A stretch of 64,000 nt of DNA, taken from positions 896,001-960,000 of the forward strand of contig CAVZYA010000002.1 of assembly GCA_963779415.1 (NCBI GenBank), written 5' to 3'. Both the position numbers and the translations under genes were made by a program. This DNA is from an uncultured Acidobacteriota bacterium (lineage in GTDB: Bacteria > Acidobacteriota > Thermoanaerobaculia > UBA5066). The number at the start of each line of letters is the position of its first letter. Within the stretch, counting starts at the first letter, position 1. The notes under the pieces are model-generated. The model saw only the letters and a list, made by a program, of their open reading frames with translations. It ran no database searches and was not told where the DNA came from. This document shows positions 19,713 to 29,700 of this stretch, piece by piece.

Positions 19713-20354
19713 GTGAGGATTCACCGGCTCCTGCCCGCGTTTCTCGTGGCCGCCGCGGCCCTGCCGATCCTGTCGCAGGGGGTCGCGACGCTGGATTTCG
19801 AGCCGCGTGTGGGGGCGATCGGATCGCGAGTCTCCGTCCACTATCCCGCCCCCCCCGGCGTCACTCTCCGCTTCGGTGACCGGTACGTGACGTACGTCCG
19901 CGAGGACGCGGGACATCTGGTCTTCCTCGTTCCGCCGAACACCTACTCTTCGTTCATCGAGCTCCGTTCGGGCGACAAGGTCATCGCGAAGAGCGCCGTG
20001 CCGTTCGTCGTCTCCGGAGCCTCGATCGTTCCGCAGAAGCTGATCGGCCTGAAGGAAGCGATGGAGGTCTTCGCCTTCCAGGACGATCCGACGCCCGAAG
20101 GGGGCAAGAAGCCCGAGACCCCCGTGAGGCCGATTCTAAAGCTCGGGGACAGCGACATCCTGACCATCGGAGAGTCCTCGCCGCAAGGGGCTCCACCTCC
20201 GGCCGTGAACATGGGCGACTCGGTCTCGGCGGGGACCCGGGGGATGGGGCCGGCCGCCTTCCTGATCACCGCCCGCCCCCCGGTCAAGAAAGTCGTTCTC
20301 CCGACGCCGACGCCCACGCCGACGGCACCGCCGCCGACGTCACCGGAAAAGTAG
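19713..20354 (+). CDS. Hypothetical secreted protein (IPT/TIG-like N-domain, Pro/Thr tail)
   Basis: Signal peptide; FEPRVGAIGSRV..LRFGD..LVFLVP; PTPTPTPT tail. Confidence 0.6.
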   Translation: MRIHRLLPAFLVAAAALPILSQGVATLDFEPRVGAIGSRVSVHYPAPPGVTLRFGDRYVTYVREDAGHLVFLVPPNTYSSFIELRSGDKVIAKSAVPFVVSGASIVPQKLIGLKEAMEVFAFQDDPTPEGGKKPETPVRPILKLGDSDILTIGESSPQGAPPPAVNMGDSVSAGTRGMGPAAFLITARPPVKKVVLPTPTPTPTAPPPTSPEK

Positions 20355-20420
20355 GCGACTTCCTTCTGAACGGGAACTTTTTCCGCGCGGCGAGGGTCGA
20401 ACCTTTCGGAGCCTTTCCCT

Positions 20421-21086
20421 TTGACCGCGCGCATCCTCGCCTTCGACGTCGGCCGACCCCACGAAGGGCATGGGAGAATCGTCGCCGTGGTTTCGGCCGG
20501 GCGGCAGACCCCCGAACCGGACGACGCGACCGGAGACGAGCGCGCCGTCGCGCGGTTTCTCACGGGGGACGCGAGCGGCTTCGAGACGATCGTTCGCCGG
20601 TACTCGGGGATGGTCTTCACGCTCGCGGCCCGGCTCGTCGGTCCCCTCGACGCCGAAGACGTCGTCCAGGAGACGTTTCTCCGGGCGTGGCGGGGCCTCT
20701 CCGGGTTCCGGGGCGAGTCGTCCCTGAAGACGTGGCTCTACTCGATCGCCCTCAACCGGGTCCGTGCCCGGCGGGGGACGCTGGCACGGCTCCGAGCGCT
20801 ATTCGGCGCGGGGGAGGCCGGGGGTGACGGGCCGGACTTCTCTCTCGTGGACGGCCTCGCGGACGGAGGTCTCTCACCGGAGGAGAACGCCGTACGGGCC
20901 GAGGAGCGCCGGCGGCTTCGGAAGGCCATTGCTGCCCTTCCGGAGGAGTTCCGGATCGCCGTCGTCCTGCGCGACCTCGAGGGGCTTTCGTACGACGAGG
21001 TCGCGTCCGTACTCGCGGTTCCCGTCGGGACCGTCCGGAGCCGCCTCGCCCGCGGGCGCGCGCTTCTGAAGGAGAGCCTGTCGTGA
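20421..21086 (+). CDS. ECF RNA polymerase sigma factor
   Basis: DAEDVVQETFLRAW, TWLYSIALN, LSYDEVA..VGTVRSRLARGR. Confidence 0.93.
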   Translation: MTARILAFDVGRPHEGHGRIVAVVSAGRQTPEPDDATGDERAVARFLTGDASGFETIVRRYSGMVFTLAARLVGPLDAEDVVQETFLRAWRGLSGFRGESSLKTWLYSIALNRVRARRGTLARLRALFGAGEAGGDGPDFSLVDGLADGGLSPEENAVRAEERRRLRKAIAALPEEFRIAVVLRDLEGLSYDEVASVLAVPVGTVRSRLARGRALLKESLS

Positions 21087-22120
21087 GCGCCCGGCCCGAT
21101 CCCGTCCGCCTCTCCGACGAGGAGCTCGACCTCCTTGTCTCGCGGTCGCTCGATGGAGACCTCTCTCCCGAAGAGATGGGGCAGCTCGAAAGCATCCTCG
21201 CCTCCGACCCGCGCGCGGTGCGGCGGCGCGAGGAGCTTTCCGCCCTCGTCGGGAAGCTGAACGCCCTGCCCGATCCGGCCCCGCCGCTCGGCCTCACCGC
21301 GCGGACGAATGCCTGGACCGCGGAGCGCGCCCGGGGGATCGGCGCCGTTCTGGCATCGCCTCGGCCTCTTCCCGCCCCCCCCGATGTTGCGCGGGATCGG
21401 GGCGCTCTTCGTCATCGTCCTGATCGGGATGACCGTCCTTCGGTCCCAGAGCGTCCGGCAGAAGGCGGCCGAGTCTTCGGAGGCGAAAGACGACGGACGC
21501 GTCGCGATCTTCTTCGGGGAGCGCGGGCCGTCGGCCCCGGCCGCCGGGCCGGCCCCGTCGACGCCGGCATCGCAGGCTCTCGCCGCCCGCCTCGGCGTGC
21601 GAACGAGCCCCTCCGGAAATCGAAGGGCTTCGCGCCGGAGCTGTCGCCGCCCTCCGGTGCCGGGGAGCCGGCCTCCGGGATCGCTTCCGCCGCGCCGCCC
21701 TCCGTCCGCCGGGACGCGCCGATGTTCGCCGATTCGGCCGGAGCCGCCGGAACCGAAGCCTCCGGAGGAGCTCCGGCGCCGGTGCGGGCGGAGGGCTCTC
21801 ATAAGAGCGCCGGGAACGCGATGGCCCTTGCCGGAGGAGTGACGCGCCCTTCGGCGCGAGCGCCCCTCGCGTGGGACGTCACGGTGGCCGAGGCGTTCGC
21901 ACGGGGTTGGGCTCTTCGGCGCGTCGTGGCGCCTCCGCCGTCGGCGGAGACGCCGGCGGTCTCGTATCGCGTCAAGCTCGACGCCGAGGGAAAGGTCGTC
22001 TCCTCACGCGCCGTCGGTGCGACGACGGCCGAGATGGACGCGGCGGTCCGGTCGCTCGTCTTCCGGAAGCTCTCCGCCGAGGCTCCGGAGGAGATCGAGA
22101 TCGCGCTCGCCGCCCGCTGA
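21083..22120 (+). CDS. Anti-sigma factor-like membrane protein (two compensating indels near 21347 and 21590)
   Basis: Coupled to the ECF gene; LVSRSLDGDLSPEE anti-sigma-like N-terminus; the TM segment GIGALFVIVLIGMTVL lies in the alternative frame (ORF 21309..21842). Confidence 0.7.
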   Translation: MSARPDPVRLSDEELDLLVSRSLDGDLSPEEMGQLESILASDPRAVRRREELSALVGKLNALPDPAPPLGLTARTNAWTAERARGIGAVLASPRPLPAPPDVARDRGALRHRPDRDDRPSVPERPAEGGRVFGGERRRTRRDLLRGARAVGPGRRAGPVDAGIAGSRRPPRRANEPLRKSKGFAPELSPPSGAGEPASGIASAAPPSVRRDAPMFADSAGAAGTEASGGAPAPVRAEGSHKSAGNAMALAGGVTRPSARAPLAWDVTVAEAFARGWALRRVVAPPPSAETPAVSYRVKLDAEGKVVSSRAVGATTAEMDAAVRSLVFRKLSAEAPEEIEIALAAR

Positions 22121-22123
22121 CCC

Positions 22124-24248
22124 CTACCGGCTCCGGAGCGCGTCCAGGTAAGCGGCCGCTTCGCGCTCCCGTCCCGCAGCCCGGGCCGTCGCGAGGAACT
22201 CCTCGGCGGCGAGCTTCGATCCGGGGTGCTGGGCGAGGATCGCCCCGAGCGTCTCGAGGGCTCCGTCGAGGTCGCCTTCGAGCCGCTGGCGCCGGGCCAC
22301 GAGGAGCCGGAAGGGGGGCGCGTCGCTTCCCGCGAGCGGGCGGGCCCGGTCGAGCGCCTCCTTCAGAGCCGGAAGATCGCCGGCATCGGCGGCGAAAGTT
22401 CCGAGGAGGAGCCACGCGTCGGCGCGCCCCGGCTCGAGTGCGACTCCTCGATGCGCGAGCGCGAGCGCCTCGGCCCTCTGCCCTTCGGCCCCCCGCGCCT
22501 CGGCGAGGAGGAGAAGGAGATCGGCCTCCTCCGGCGCGGACGCGACGGCCGCCTCCAGCTCGCGGGCCGCCCCGGCGGCATCTCCCTCCGCGAGAAGGAG
22601 CTTTCCGAGCCGGTATCGCGTCGGGAAGTAGAGAGGCGAGATCGCGAGAGCCCTGCGGTAAGCCTCGACCGCCGCGGCGGGGTGGCCGAGGGTCTCTTCC
22701 GCCTGCCCGAGCGAGTCGTGCGCGGATCGCGAGTCGGGGTCGAGGGCGATCGACTTCAGAGAGAAGCTCACGCGCCTCCACCGTCCGTCCCTCCTTCATC
22801 CGGAACCGCGCGAGAAGCTCCCACGGAAGGCCCGAGCGCGGGTCCGCGAGGGCGGCTTTCATGAAGGCCCCTTCCGCCTCGGCCGTTCGGCCCAGCTCGG
22901 CGAGGGAGTTTCCTTCCAGAGAAAGCTCCTCCGCGAAGTCGTGCGACGGCCGATGCGTCCGGAGATGCGAGGCGCCGAGGACGAGAGCCGCTGCGAGCGC
23001 GGCAAGCGCAGCGGCGCGAAGCCCCCGCGTTTCGACCGTCTCGATGAGATGAGCCGCACCGAGTCCGGCCAGGAGCGCGGCCGCGGGGATAGCCGGTATC
23101 CGGTACCGGAGACCCATGAGCGCGACGAGGACCGGGAGCGCTCCGGCCGCGAGAAACGCGAGCGGGAACGCGACCGGGATCCGGTCGCGGAAGGCGTGGA
23201 AGAGGCCGACGGCCCCGAGGGCCGCCATGAGGCCGAAACCGGGGAGGAGACGGAGGAGCGTGGAGCGCTCCCGGAAAAAGGCGAAGCTGTGGTTGTCGCG
23301 CGGCTCCTCGGCCTGCGTCAGCCAGACCGCCTTCGAGAGGACGACCCGCGCGAGCCCCGCCGGATCGGCCGCCGCACGCGCGATCGTCTTCGTCAGGAAC
23401 CAACCCTCCTCTTCTCGCGGCGTCTTCCCGTCCCGGTACGGCGCGGAGACGACACGATCCCATGCGCCGTTCGGCCTCGCGCTCTGGACGCCGCCGCTCG
23501 CGGGGTCGTTCCCGAGAAAGAGGTTGATCGCCCCGTAGGAGCGGACGAAGAGGAAGCGGCCGGACGCGCGTGAAGCGGCGACGACGACCGGGGTGAGAGT
23601 CGCCGCCGCGGCGAGAAGCAGGACACCGGCGGCGGCGAGCCGGCGCGACCGCGAGCGGTCGAACGCGATTGCCCCCGCCGAGGCGAGGGCAAAAAGGAGC
23701 ATCGTGGGGCGCGAGCCCGAAGCGAGGCCGAGAAAGACGCCCGCAAGGGCAGCCGCTCCGAGGGACGGGCTTCGCGCGAGGACGGCGAGCGCGGCGGTCG
23801 CGAGAAAGAGGAGCAGCACCTCTTCCCAGAGGGCGACGTCTACGAAGGCGACCGGCCCCGAGAGCGCGAGGAGAAGGCCCGCGGCAATGCCGGCCCGCCG
23901 CCCGAAGAGGCGGGTCCCGGCGAGGGCGAGGAGGACCGCGGTTCCTCCCGCGAGCGCCGCCTGCGCGAGACGAGCAGCGGCGAGCGATCCGCCCGTGGCT
24001 TTCAGGAGCCCCGCGAGGAGGTACGGATAGACGGGGCCATGGTTCGGTGGCGTCGGCCACCGGAAGTCCCCCGCCGCGAGGCTCCGCGCCCAGACGAGGT
24101 TCTCCCGCGCGTCGAGCTGTGGCATCGCCCACAACCCGAGGGGGGAAAGCTCGTGGGAGACGGCCGCGCGGACGAGAAAGGCGGCCAGGAAGATCGCGAC
24201 GAGGGGGACGAGGCCGGGGCGTGAGGGGTCCTTCGGGGCGGGCGACAT
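22124..24248 (-). CDS. ArnT/PMT-like (GT-C) membrane glycosyltransferase fused to TPR repeats; frameshift near 22760
   Basis: QLDA loop, P-x-Y-P-Y-L-L-A, SRP, NLFLGND, RYR motifs; TPR array continues in ORF 22124..22771 after an extra base in a CT run. Confidence 0.75.
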
Positions 24249-24301
24249 CCGGCGGAAAGGGTAGCCCACAGGGGGCACAATACGGGTCCCCACGGGGACC
24301 G

Positions 24302-24736
24302 ATGAAGAGATCGCTGAAACAGCGCGAATCGGAGAGGGTCCGGCGGGCGGTCGCCTTCGTGAAGAGGCGCCTCCACCTCGACCTCGAGTTCGTCGTCTCG
24401 CCGGCGCCCGAGGGGACGCACGCCGGCATCCTCGACATCGAGCGTTCCTACCGCGGGACCGAGGACCGGAAGGTCTGGCTCATCACCTTCGACGCCTCGG
24501 TCGTCGCGAACGAGACGACGGCGGCGCTCCGGCGGCACGCTTTTCACGAGACGCTTCATGCCCTCACCTGGCCCCTCTTCGACGAGGTCGAAGCGGCCAT
24601 CCGGCGGGTCCCGGAACCGGGCATCCGCAAGGAGCTGACCGACCGCGCCCTCGACGCCCGCGAGAACGTCGTCTACGAGCTGGAGCGGAAGCTCGGCCCG
24701 CTGGCCTTCCCGCACCTCCCCTGGACGGACCCGTGA
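24302..24736 (+). CDS. Hypothetical protein with HExxH zinc-metalloprotease motif
   Basis: AFHETLHAL plus downstream E (RENVVYE); codon usage typical for the genome; ATG 24302. Confidence 0.65.
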   Translation: MKRSLKQRESERVRRAVAFVKRRLHLDLEFVVSPAPEGTHAGILDIERSYRGTEDRKVWLITFDASVVANETTAALRRHAFHETLHALTWPLFDEVEAAIRRVPEPGIRKELTDRALDARENVVYELERKLGPLAFPHLPWTDP

Positions 24737-24768
24737 TCCTTCGCCATAATCCGCGTCCCTTCGGTCGA

Positions 24769-24844
<76 letters not shown>

Positions 24845-24865
24845 CTCTTCCCCTGCGGCACCGGG

Positions 24866-25130
24866 TCAGAGCCGGCGGTAGATGTCGCGGCGGGGGCCGA
24901 TAACCGCCACGGTGACGAAGCGTGCGGCATCGTCGATCCGAAACACGATTCGAAGGTGCCCGACGCGCGCCCTGTAGAGGTCTCGAAACCCCCGTCAGCT
25001 TCTTGACCCCCGAATGGCGGGGCTCCTCGGCGAGCCGGTCGAGCGCGGCCGAAATTCGCGAGCGCTCGGGATCGTGGAGGGAGTTCAGTTCGCGGCGGGC
25101 GGCGGGCAGGAGTGCCAGCCCGTAGCTCAC
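24866..25130 (-). CDS. RelE/ParE family toxin, frameshifted in a G5 run (24989-24993)
   Basis: AARRELNSL..RISAALDRLAEEPR..VKKLTG; removing one G gives FRDLYRARVGHLRIVFRIDDAARFVTVAVIGPRRDIYRRL*. Confidence 0.85.
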
Positions 25131-25375
25131 GGGAGGCGAAGGTCCCGCTTTACCTTCTCTTACGGGATAGGTTTCTCGCGGGGATCGGAGAGGCGCCGCT
25201 GAGCCTCTGCGCCGTCGAGGTAGTCCTCCAGGTCGCGAAGGGCGCGAGCGCCGGCCAGGGGCACGAGCGCGGCGACGGTCTTTCGCCCCTTCTTCACAAG
25301 CACACGCTCTCCGCGCGCGACTCGGGCGACGAGGGCCGGGGGAATCTCAGGGGGTTTCGGAGCGGCACGCGCCAT
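25127..25375 (-). CDS. Phd/YefM-like antitoxin with premature TAA at 25160-25162
   Basis: VARGERVLVKKGRKTVAALVPL..LEDYLD..KPIP*EKVKRDLRLP*; the read-through stop overlaps the toxin GTG (GTGA). Confidence 0.75.
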
Positions 25376-25546
25376 CCACACGATTCTACGCGTTCATTCG
25401 TTCATTCATGCGTTCGAAGGCGGCGGTCGTCAAGCAGCTATCAGACGGCACTACCGAGAACTGACAGCCTGCCGGGATACCTTCGGTCCGCCGGCGCCGC
25501 AGACATGGAGTCTGACCCCAGATCTACTCGGGTTTCGACCCCGGAT

Positions 25547-25876
25547 CTACGACGGGTGGTCGCGCTTCCTCGAGAAGATGATCTCGTCGAGACCGACGAC
25601 GGCATAGGCCGAGATCAAGAGGAGGAAGACTCCCTCCGGCGTGGCGTTGACGACGACCGCTTCCGGTCCCGGGACGTAGGAAGCGACGGTGTCCACCGTC
25701 GTCTGGAGGAGTCCCTCGGCCGCCGTCTCGTCTTCCGCGAGAATCTCCTCGAGCTCGCCCTCCGTGCTGTAGGAAACGGTGTTCCGGTCGTGCCTCAGGA
25801 CGAGGTAACCGCGGCCATGCCGGCGGTATCCCTCGAGCGCCCGGCGCAGAAGCTCGAGTCGAAGCGGGTGCGGCAC
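25547..25876 (-). CDS. Hypothetical protein
   Basis: 109-aa ORF with codon usage typical for the genome and an AGAGG RBS-like sequence at the start. Confidence 0.6.
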   Translation of the reverse strand: MPHPLRLELLRRALEGYRRHGRGYLVLRHDRNTVSYSTEGELEEILAEDETAAEGLLQTTVDTVASYVPGPEAVVVNATPEGVFLLLISAYAVVGLDEIIFSRKRDHPS

Positions 25877-25942
25877 CTCTGGAGATTACCGCCAGGCCGG
25901 GAACGGCCCGGAGCAGCCTGGCGCCGCCTCTGCGTGAACCGG

Positions 25943-26515
25943 TTACTTCATGGCCGGCTTCGGGGCCTCGGCGCGCGGCTCGCTGGAGGGGGGGACGAGC
26001 CCCTTGATCCGCATGTAGGTGACCATGTTGCCGTAGTGCTCCCAGTCGTGGCCGATCAGGAGGCCGACGACGGCGAAGCGGTTCGTCTCCGCTCCGAAGA
26101 GCTTCGTCCGGGTCGCGAGGTCGGAGTCGGTCGTCGCGAACGCCTTGTCGGCCGCGGCGAAGGACTCCTTGAGCGCGGCGACGAGGTCGGCCTTCGAGGT
26201 CTTCGTCTTCTCGATGTCGTGCGGAGCCGGCTTCTCGCCCGCGGCCATCGCGGCGAACATGAAGTTCGCGTCGGCGACGTGGCCGACGAGCTGCCCGAAG
26301 CTCCGGACGTCCGGGGAGGGCTTGAAGGCGTAGTTTTCCTCCGGCATCTTCTCGGCGGCCCGGATGACGAGATCCTTTGCGCGGGTCCAGGGCCCCTTGA
26401 GGCCCGTGACGGCGGGGTTCGGGGAGGGCGCGGTCGGGGCCGCCGCGACGCCGGGACCCTGGGCAGCGGCGGGAAGGGAGAGGGCGGCGGAGAGGATCAG
26501 AACGCGAGCTTTCAT
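25943..26515 (-). CDS. Secreted DinB family protein
   Basis: Signal peptide; AAEKMPEENYAFKP..RSFGQLVGHVA..HDWEHYGNMVTYMRIKGLVPP. Confidence 0.9.
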   Translation of the reverse strand: MKARVLILSAALSLPAAAQGPGVAAAPTAPSPNPAVTGLKGPWTRAKDLVIRAAEKMPEENYAFKPSPDVRSFGQLVGHVADANFMFAAMAAGEKPAPHDIEKTKTSKADLVAALKESFAAADKAFATTDSDLATRTKLFGAETNRFAVVGLLIGHDWEHYGNMVTYMRIKGLVPPSSEPRAEAPKPAMK

Positions 26516-26661
26516 GGGAACCTCCACCCCGGGACGATATCGCGAAGGCGTCTCAACCGTGCTCCTTCGTTCCGGGGCAGGCCGTCCGGTCGGCACCCCG
26601 GCGCTTTGGCGGCCCCGGTGGGGCGAGGGGACCGGCGTTTTTGTCCGAAACCCCGTAGAAT

Positions 26662-26677
26662 CCAACAATCCTGTAGG
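26662..26677. promoter_or_regulatory. Palindromic ACA-N4-TGT site upstream of the NifA-like gene
   Basis: CCAACAatccTGTAGG, similar to the sites at 28244-28290. Confidence 0.5.
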
Positions 26678-26686
26678 ATTCGCCCG

Positions 26687-28243
26687 ATGCCGCGCCCGCG
26701 TCCCGCACCGGCAAACGAAGCCCGCGAGCTGTCCGCGCTTCTCGAGCTGTCCCAGCTCCTCGGGTCGGCGCGGGGCCTGGGGTCGGTCCTCGACGGAGCG
26801 GCCGAAGTGCTCCGGGAGACGTACGACGCCGCTGGAGTGGCCGTGGCGCTCGTCCACGAGCCGGACGGCGATCTTCGGCTCGCCGCGGCCGCGGGCCTTC
26901 CGGCGGCCCGGCGCTCCTCGATGCGGCTGAAGCCGGGCGAGGCGATCACGGGGCGCGTCGTCTCGAGCGGAAAGCCCGTCGTCGTGCCGCAGGTCTCGCG
27001 CGAGCCGCTCCTCCGGACACCGCACGAGATCCTCGCCGCCTCCGACGCCTCGAAGAGGGAGCTGAGCCTCGTCTCGGTGCCGCTCGTCGTCGACCGGAAG
27101 GTGGTCGGCGCCCTCGCCCTCATCCTCCCGCACGAGCCGTCGCGCGACTTTCCGCGGAAAACCTCCTTCCTGAAGGTCGTCGCGTCGCTCTTCGGGCAGG
27201 CGATGCACGTCGACCGGCTCATCGAGGCGGAGCGGCAGCGCCTCCTCGACGAGAACCGGAAGCTGAAGCGGGAGCTGAAGGGGCGGTACGAGCTGAAGAA
27301 CATCGTGGGGCACAGCCGCGCGATGGAAGAGCTCTACGAGCAGGTGGCCCAGGCGGCGCCGAGCGACACGACCGTCCTGATCCGGGGCGAATCGGGGACC
27401 GGAAAGGAGCTGATCGCCCACGCCGTCCACTACAACTCCCCCCGGGCCGCCAAGCCGTTCGTGAAGGTGAGCTGCGCGGCGCTCCCCGAGAGCCTCATCG
27501 AGTCGGAGCTCTTCGGCTACGAGCCGGGCGCTTTCACGGACGCCCGCGCGCAGAAGAAGGGGCGCTTCGAGCTGGCCGACGGCGGGACGCTCTTTCTGGA
27601 CGAGGTGGGGGACCTCTCTCCCGCGACGCAGGTGAAGCTCCTCCGCGTCCTCCAGGAGCGCGAGTTCGAGCGCCTCGGCGGCGTCGCGCCGATCGCCGTC
27701 GACGTGCGGCTCGTCACCGCCACGAACCGCGACCTCGACGCCGCCATGGCGAAGGGGACCTTCCGCGACGACCTCTATTACCGCCTCAACGTCTTCACGA
27801 TCTTCGTGCCGCCTCTCCGGGACCGCCGGCCGGACATTCCGCTCCTCGCGGACCATTTCGTCGAGAAGTACGCGCGCCGGCACCGCCGGGACGTGCGGCG
27901 GATCTCGACACCTGCGATCGACATGCTGATGAGCTACCACTGGCCGGGGAACGTCCGGGAGCTGGAGAACGCGATCGAGCGGGCCGTCCTCGTCTGCGAA
28001 GGGGGCGTCCTTCATGCCCACCACCTCCCTCCGACGCTCCAGACGGCGGAAGTCTCGGGGACCCTTCCGCGGCAGTCGCTCGGCGAGGCGATGGACGCGT
28101 TCGAGAAGGACCTCCTCCTCGACGCGCTGAAGATCGCCCGCGGCAACCGGGCCAAGGCGGCGCGCCTTCTCCGGACGACGGAGAGGATCTTCGGCTACCG
28201 CCTGAAGCGCCACGGGATCGAGGCGGCCCGCTTCCGTCCCTGA
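26687..28243 (+). CDS. NifA-like GAF-AAA+-HTH sigma54 enhancer-binding protein
   Basis: GAF (GEAITGRV..GKPVVVPQVSREP), [51 protein letters not shown]. Confidence 0.92.
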   Translation: MPRPRPAPANEARELSALLELSQLLGSARGLGSVLDGAAEVLRETYDAAGVAVALVHEPDGDLRLAAAAGLPAARRSSMRLKPGEAITGRVVSSGKPVVVPQVSREPLLRTPHEILAASDASKRELSLVSVPLVVDRKVVGALALILPHEPSRDFPRKTSFLKVVASLFGQAMHVDRLIEAERQRLLDENRKLKRELKGRYELKNIVGHSRAMEELYEQVAQAAPSDTTVLIRGESGTGKELIAHAVHYNSPRAAKPFVKVSCAALPESLIESELFGYEPGAFTDARAQKKGRFELADGGTLFLDEVGDLSPATQVKLLRVLQEREFERLGGVAPIAVDVRLVTATNRDLDAAMAKGTFRDDLYYRLNVFTIFVPPLRDRRPDIPLLADHFVEKYARRHRRDVRRISTPAIDMLMSYHWPGNVRELENAIERAVLVCEGGVLHAHHLPPTLQTAEVSGTLPRQSLGEAMDAFEKDLLLDALKIARGNRAKAARLLRTTERIFGYRLKRHGIEAARFRP

Positions 28244-28290
28244 CCGACAATTTCGTAGACTTTGTACATTGGTTGTGACAGAAATGTCGG
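28244..28290. promoter_or_regulatory. Tandem palindromic upstream activator sites for amtB-glnK
   Basis: CCGACAatttCGTAG (28244-28258) and GTGACAgaaaTGTCGG (28275-28290) in an AT-richer intergenic region. Confidence 0.55.
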
Positions 28291-28366
28291 ATCGCCTTTC
28301 GAGGTCCGTCTTCTGTAAACAGTCAGACAGCAATACGTTGCAACTCCCGGCGTGTCTCACATCCAC

Positions 28367-28383
28367 GAGCACGTCGCCTTGCT
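28367..28383 (+). promoter_or_regulatory. Degenerate sigma54 -24/-12-like promoter
   Basis: GAGCACGTCGCCTTGCT resembles TGGCACG-N4-TTGC but has AG for GG and a spacer one base too long; IHF-like CAGCAATACGTTG at 28328-28340. Confidence 0.35.
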
Positions 28384-28395
28384 ATGGCGCGCGGC

Positions 28396-29700
28396 ATGAA
28401 CGGAGCCGACATCGCCTGGGTCCTCGTCGCCACCGCCCTCGTCCTTCTGATGACCCCCGCCCTCGCCTTCTTCTACGGCGGGCTCGTCCGCTCGAAGAAC
28501 GCGCTGAACACGATGATGATGAGCGTCTCGGCGCTGGGCTTCGTCGGCGTGGCGTGGGCCGTCCTCGGCTACTCGCTCGCGTTCGCGCCCGGGTCGGCGG
28601 GGATCGGAGACCTCTCGCACGCCTTCCTGCGCGGGGTCGGCCTCGGCGCGGCGCCCTCGGCGACGACCATCCCCCACCTTCTCTTCATGGCGTTTCAGGG
28701 GACCTTCGCGATCATCACGGCGGCGCTGATCTCGGGCGCCATCGTCGAGCGGAAGCGGTTTTCGGCCTACCTCCTCTTCATCACGCTCTGGTCCCTCTTG
28801 GTCTACGCCCCCGTCGCGCACTGGGTCTGGGGGGGCGGCTTCCTCGCGAAGCTCGGCGCCCTCGACTTCGCCGGCGGGACCGTCGTCCACATCAACGCCG
28901 GAGCGGCCGCCCTCGTCGCGGCGATCCTCCTCGGACCCCGGAAGGACTTCGCGAGGCAGGCGACGCTGCCGCACCACGTCCCGTTCGTCCTCCTCGGCGC
29001 CGGGCTCCTCTGGTTCGGCTGGTTCGGCTTCAACGGGGGGAGCGCTCTCGCCGCGAACGCCTCGGCCGTCCTCGCCTTCGTCAACACGCTCCTCGCCCCG
29101 ATGGCGACCCTCGTCGTCTGGACGCTGCTCGACCTGAAACGGAACGGCCGCGTGACGGCCGTCGGGGCCGCGACGGGCATCGTCGTCGGGCTCGTCGCCG
29201 TGACGCCGGCGGCGGGCTTCGTGTCGCCTCTCTCGGCCGCTCGCCCTCGGCGCCGTCGCCGCCTTCCCGAGCTACTTCGCGATCCTCTACCGGGCCCGGA
29301 CGCGCCTCGACGACTCGCTCGACGTCGTCGCCGCGCACGGTCTCGGCGGCACGGTCGGCGCTCTCCTGACGGGCGTCCTCGCCGAGAAGGCGTGGAACGG
29401 GACGGCGGACGGGCTCCTCTTCGGCAACGTCCGCCAGTTCTTCGTCCAGCTCCTCGCCGTCGCCGTCACGATCGCTTTCAGCGGCGGCGGCGACGTTTCT
29501 CCTCCTCAAGCTCGTGAACCTCGTGATCCCGCTCAAGGTCGGTCTGCGCGACGAGGGGATGGGGCTCGACGTCTCGCAGCACGGCGAGGAGGCGTATGGC
29601 TCCGGCGAGGGCGCCATCCTGATCCTGCCGGGCGCGAGGCGGTCGACGGCCGAGCCGCTCCTCGCCGGCGACGCCGGTCCCCGAAGGAGGCCGCGCGTGA
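28396..29700 (+). CDS. amtB: Ammonium transporter AmtB (three apparent +1 indels near 29239, 29489, 29667)
   Basis: LMTPALAFFYGGLVRSKN, FQGTFAIIT, DFAGGTVVH, LWFGWFGFNGGS, GLVAVTPAAG, DDSLDVVAAHG, EGMGLDVSQHGE. Confidence 0.93.

Noticed and set aside
25479-25490. CCTTCGG(T)CC as a duplicated tRNA 3' end (attR) bounding an island
   Set aside because: Only 7 nt match exactly and there is no integrase in the window; not distinguishable from chance.
26687-28243. Evidence of nitrogen fixation (nifA, nifJ)
   Set aside because: No nifHDK or cofactor genes in the window; PFOR and GAF-type activators are widespread in non-diazotrophs.
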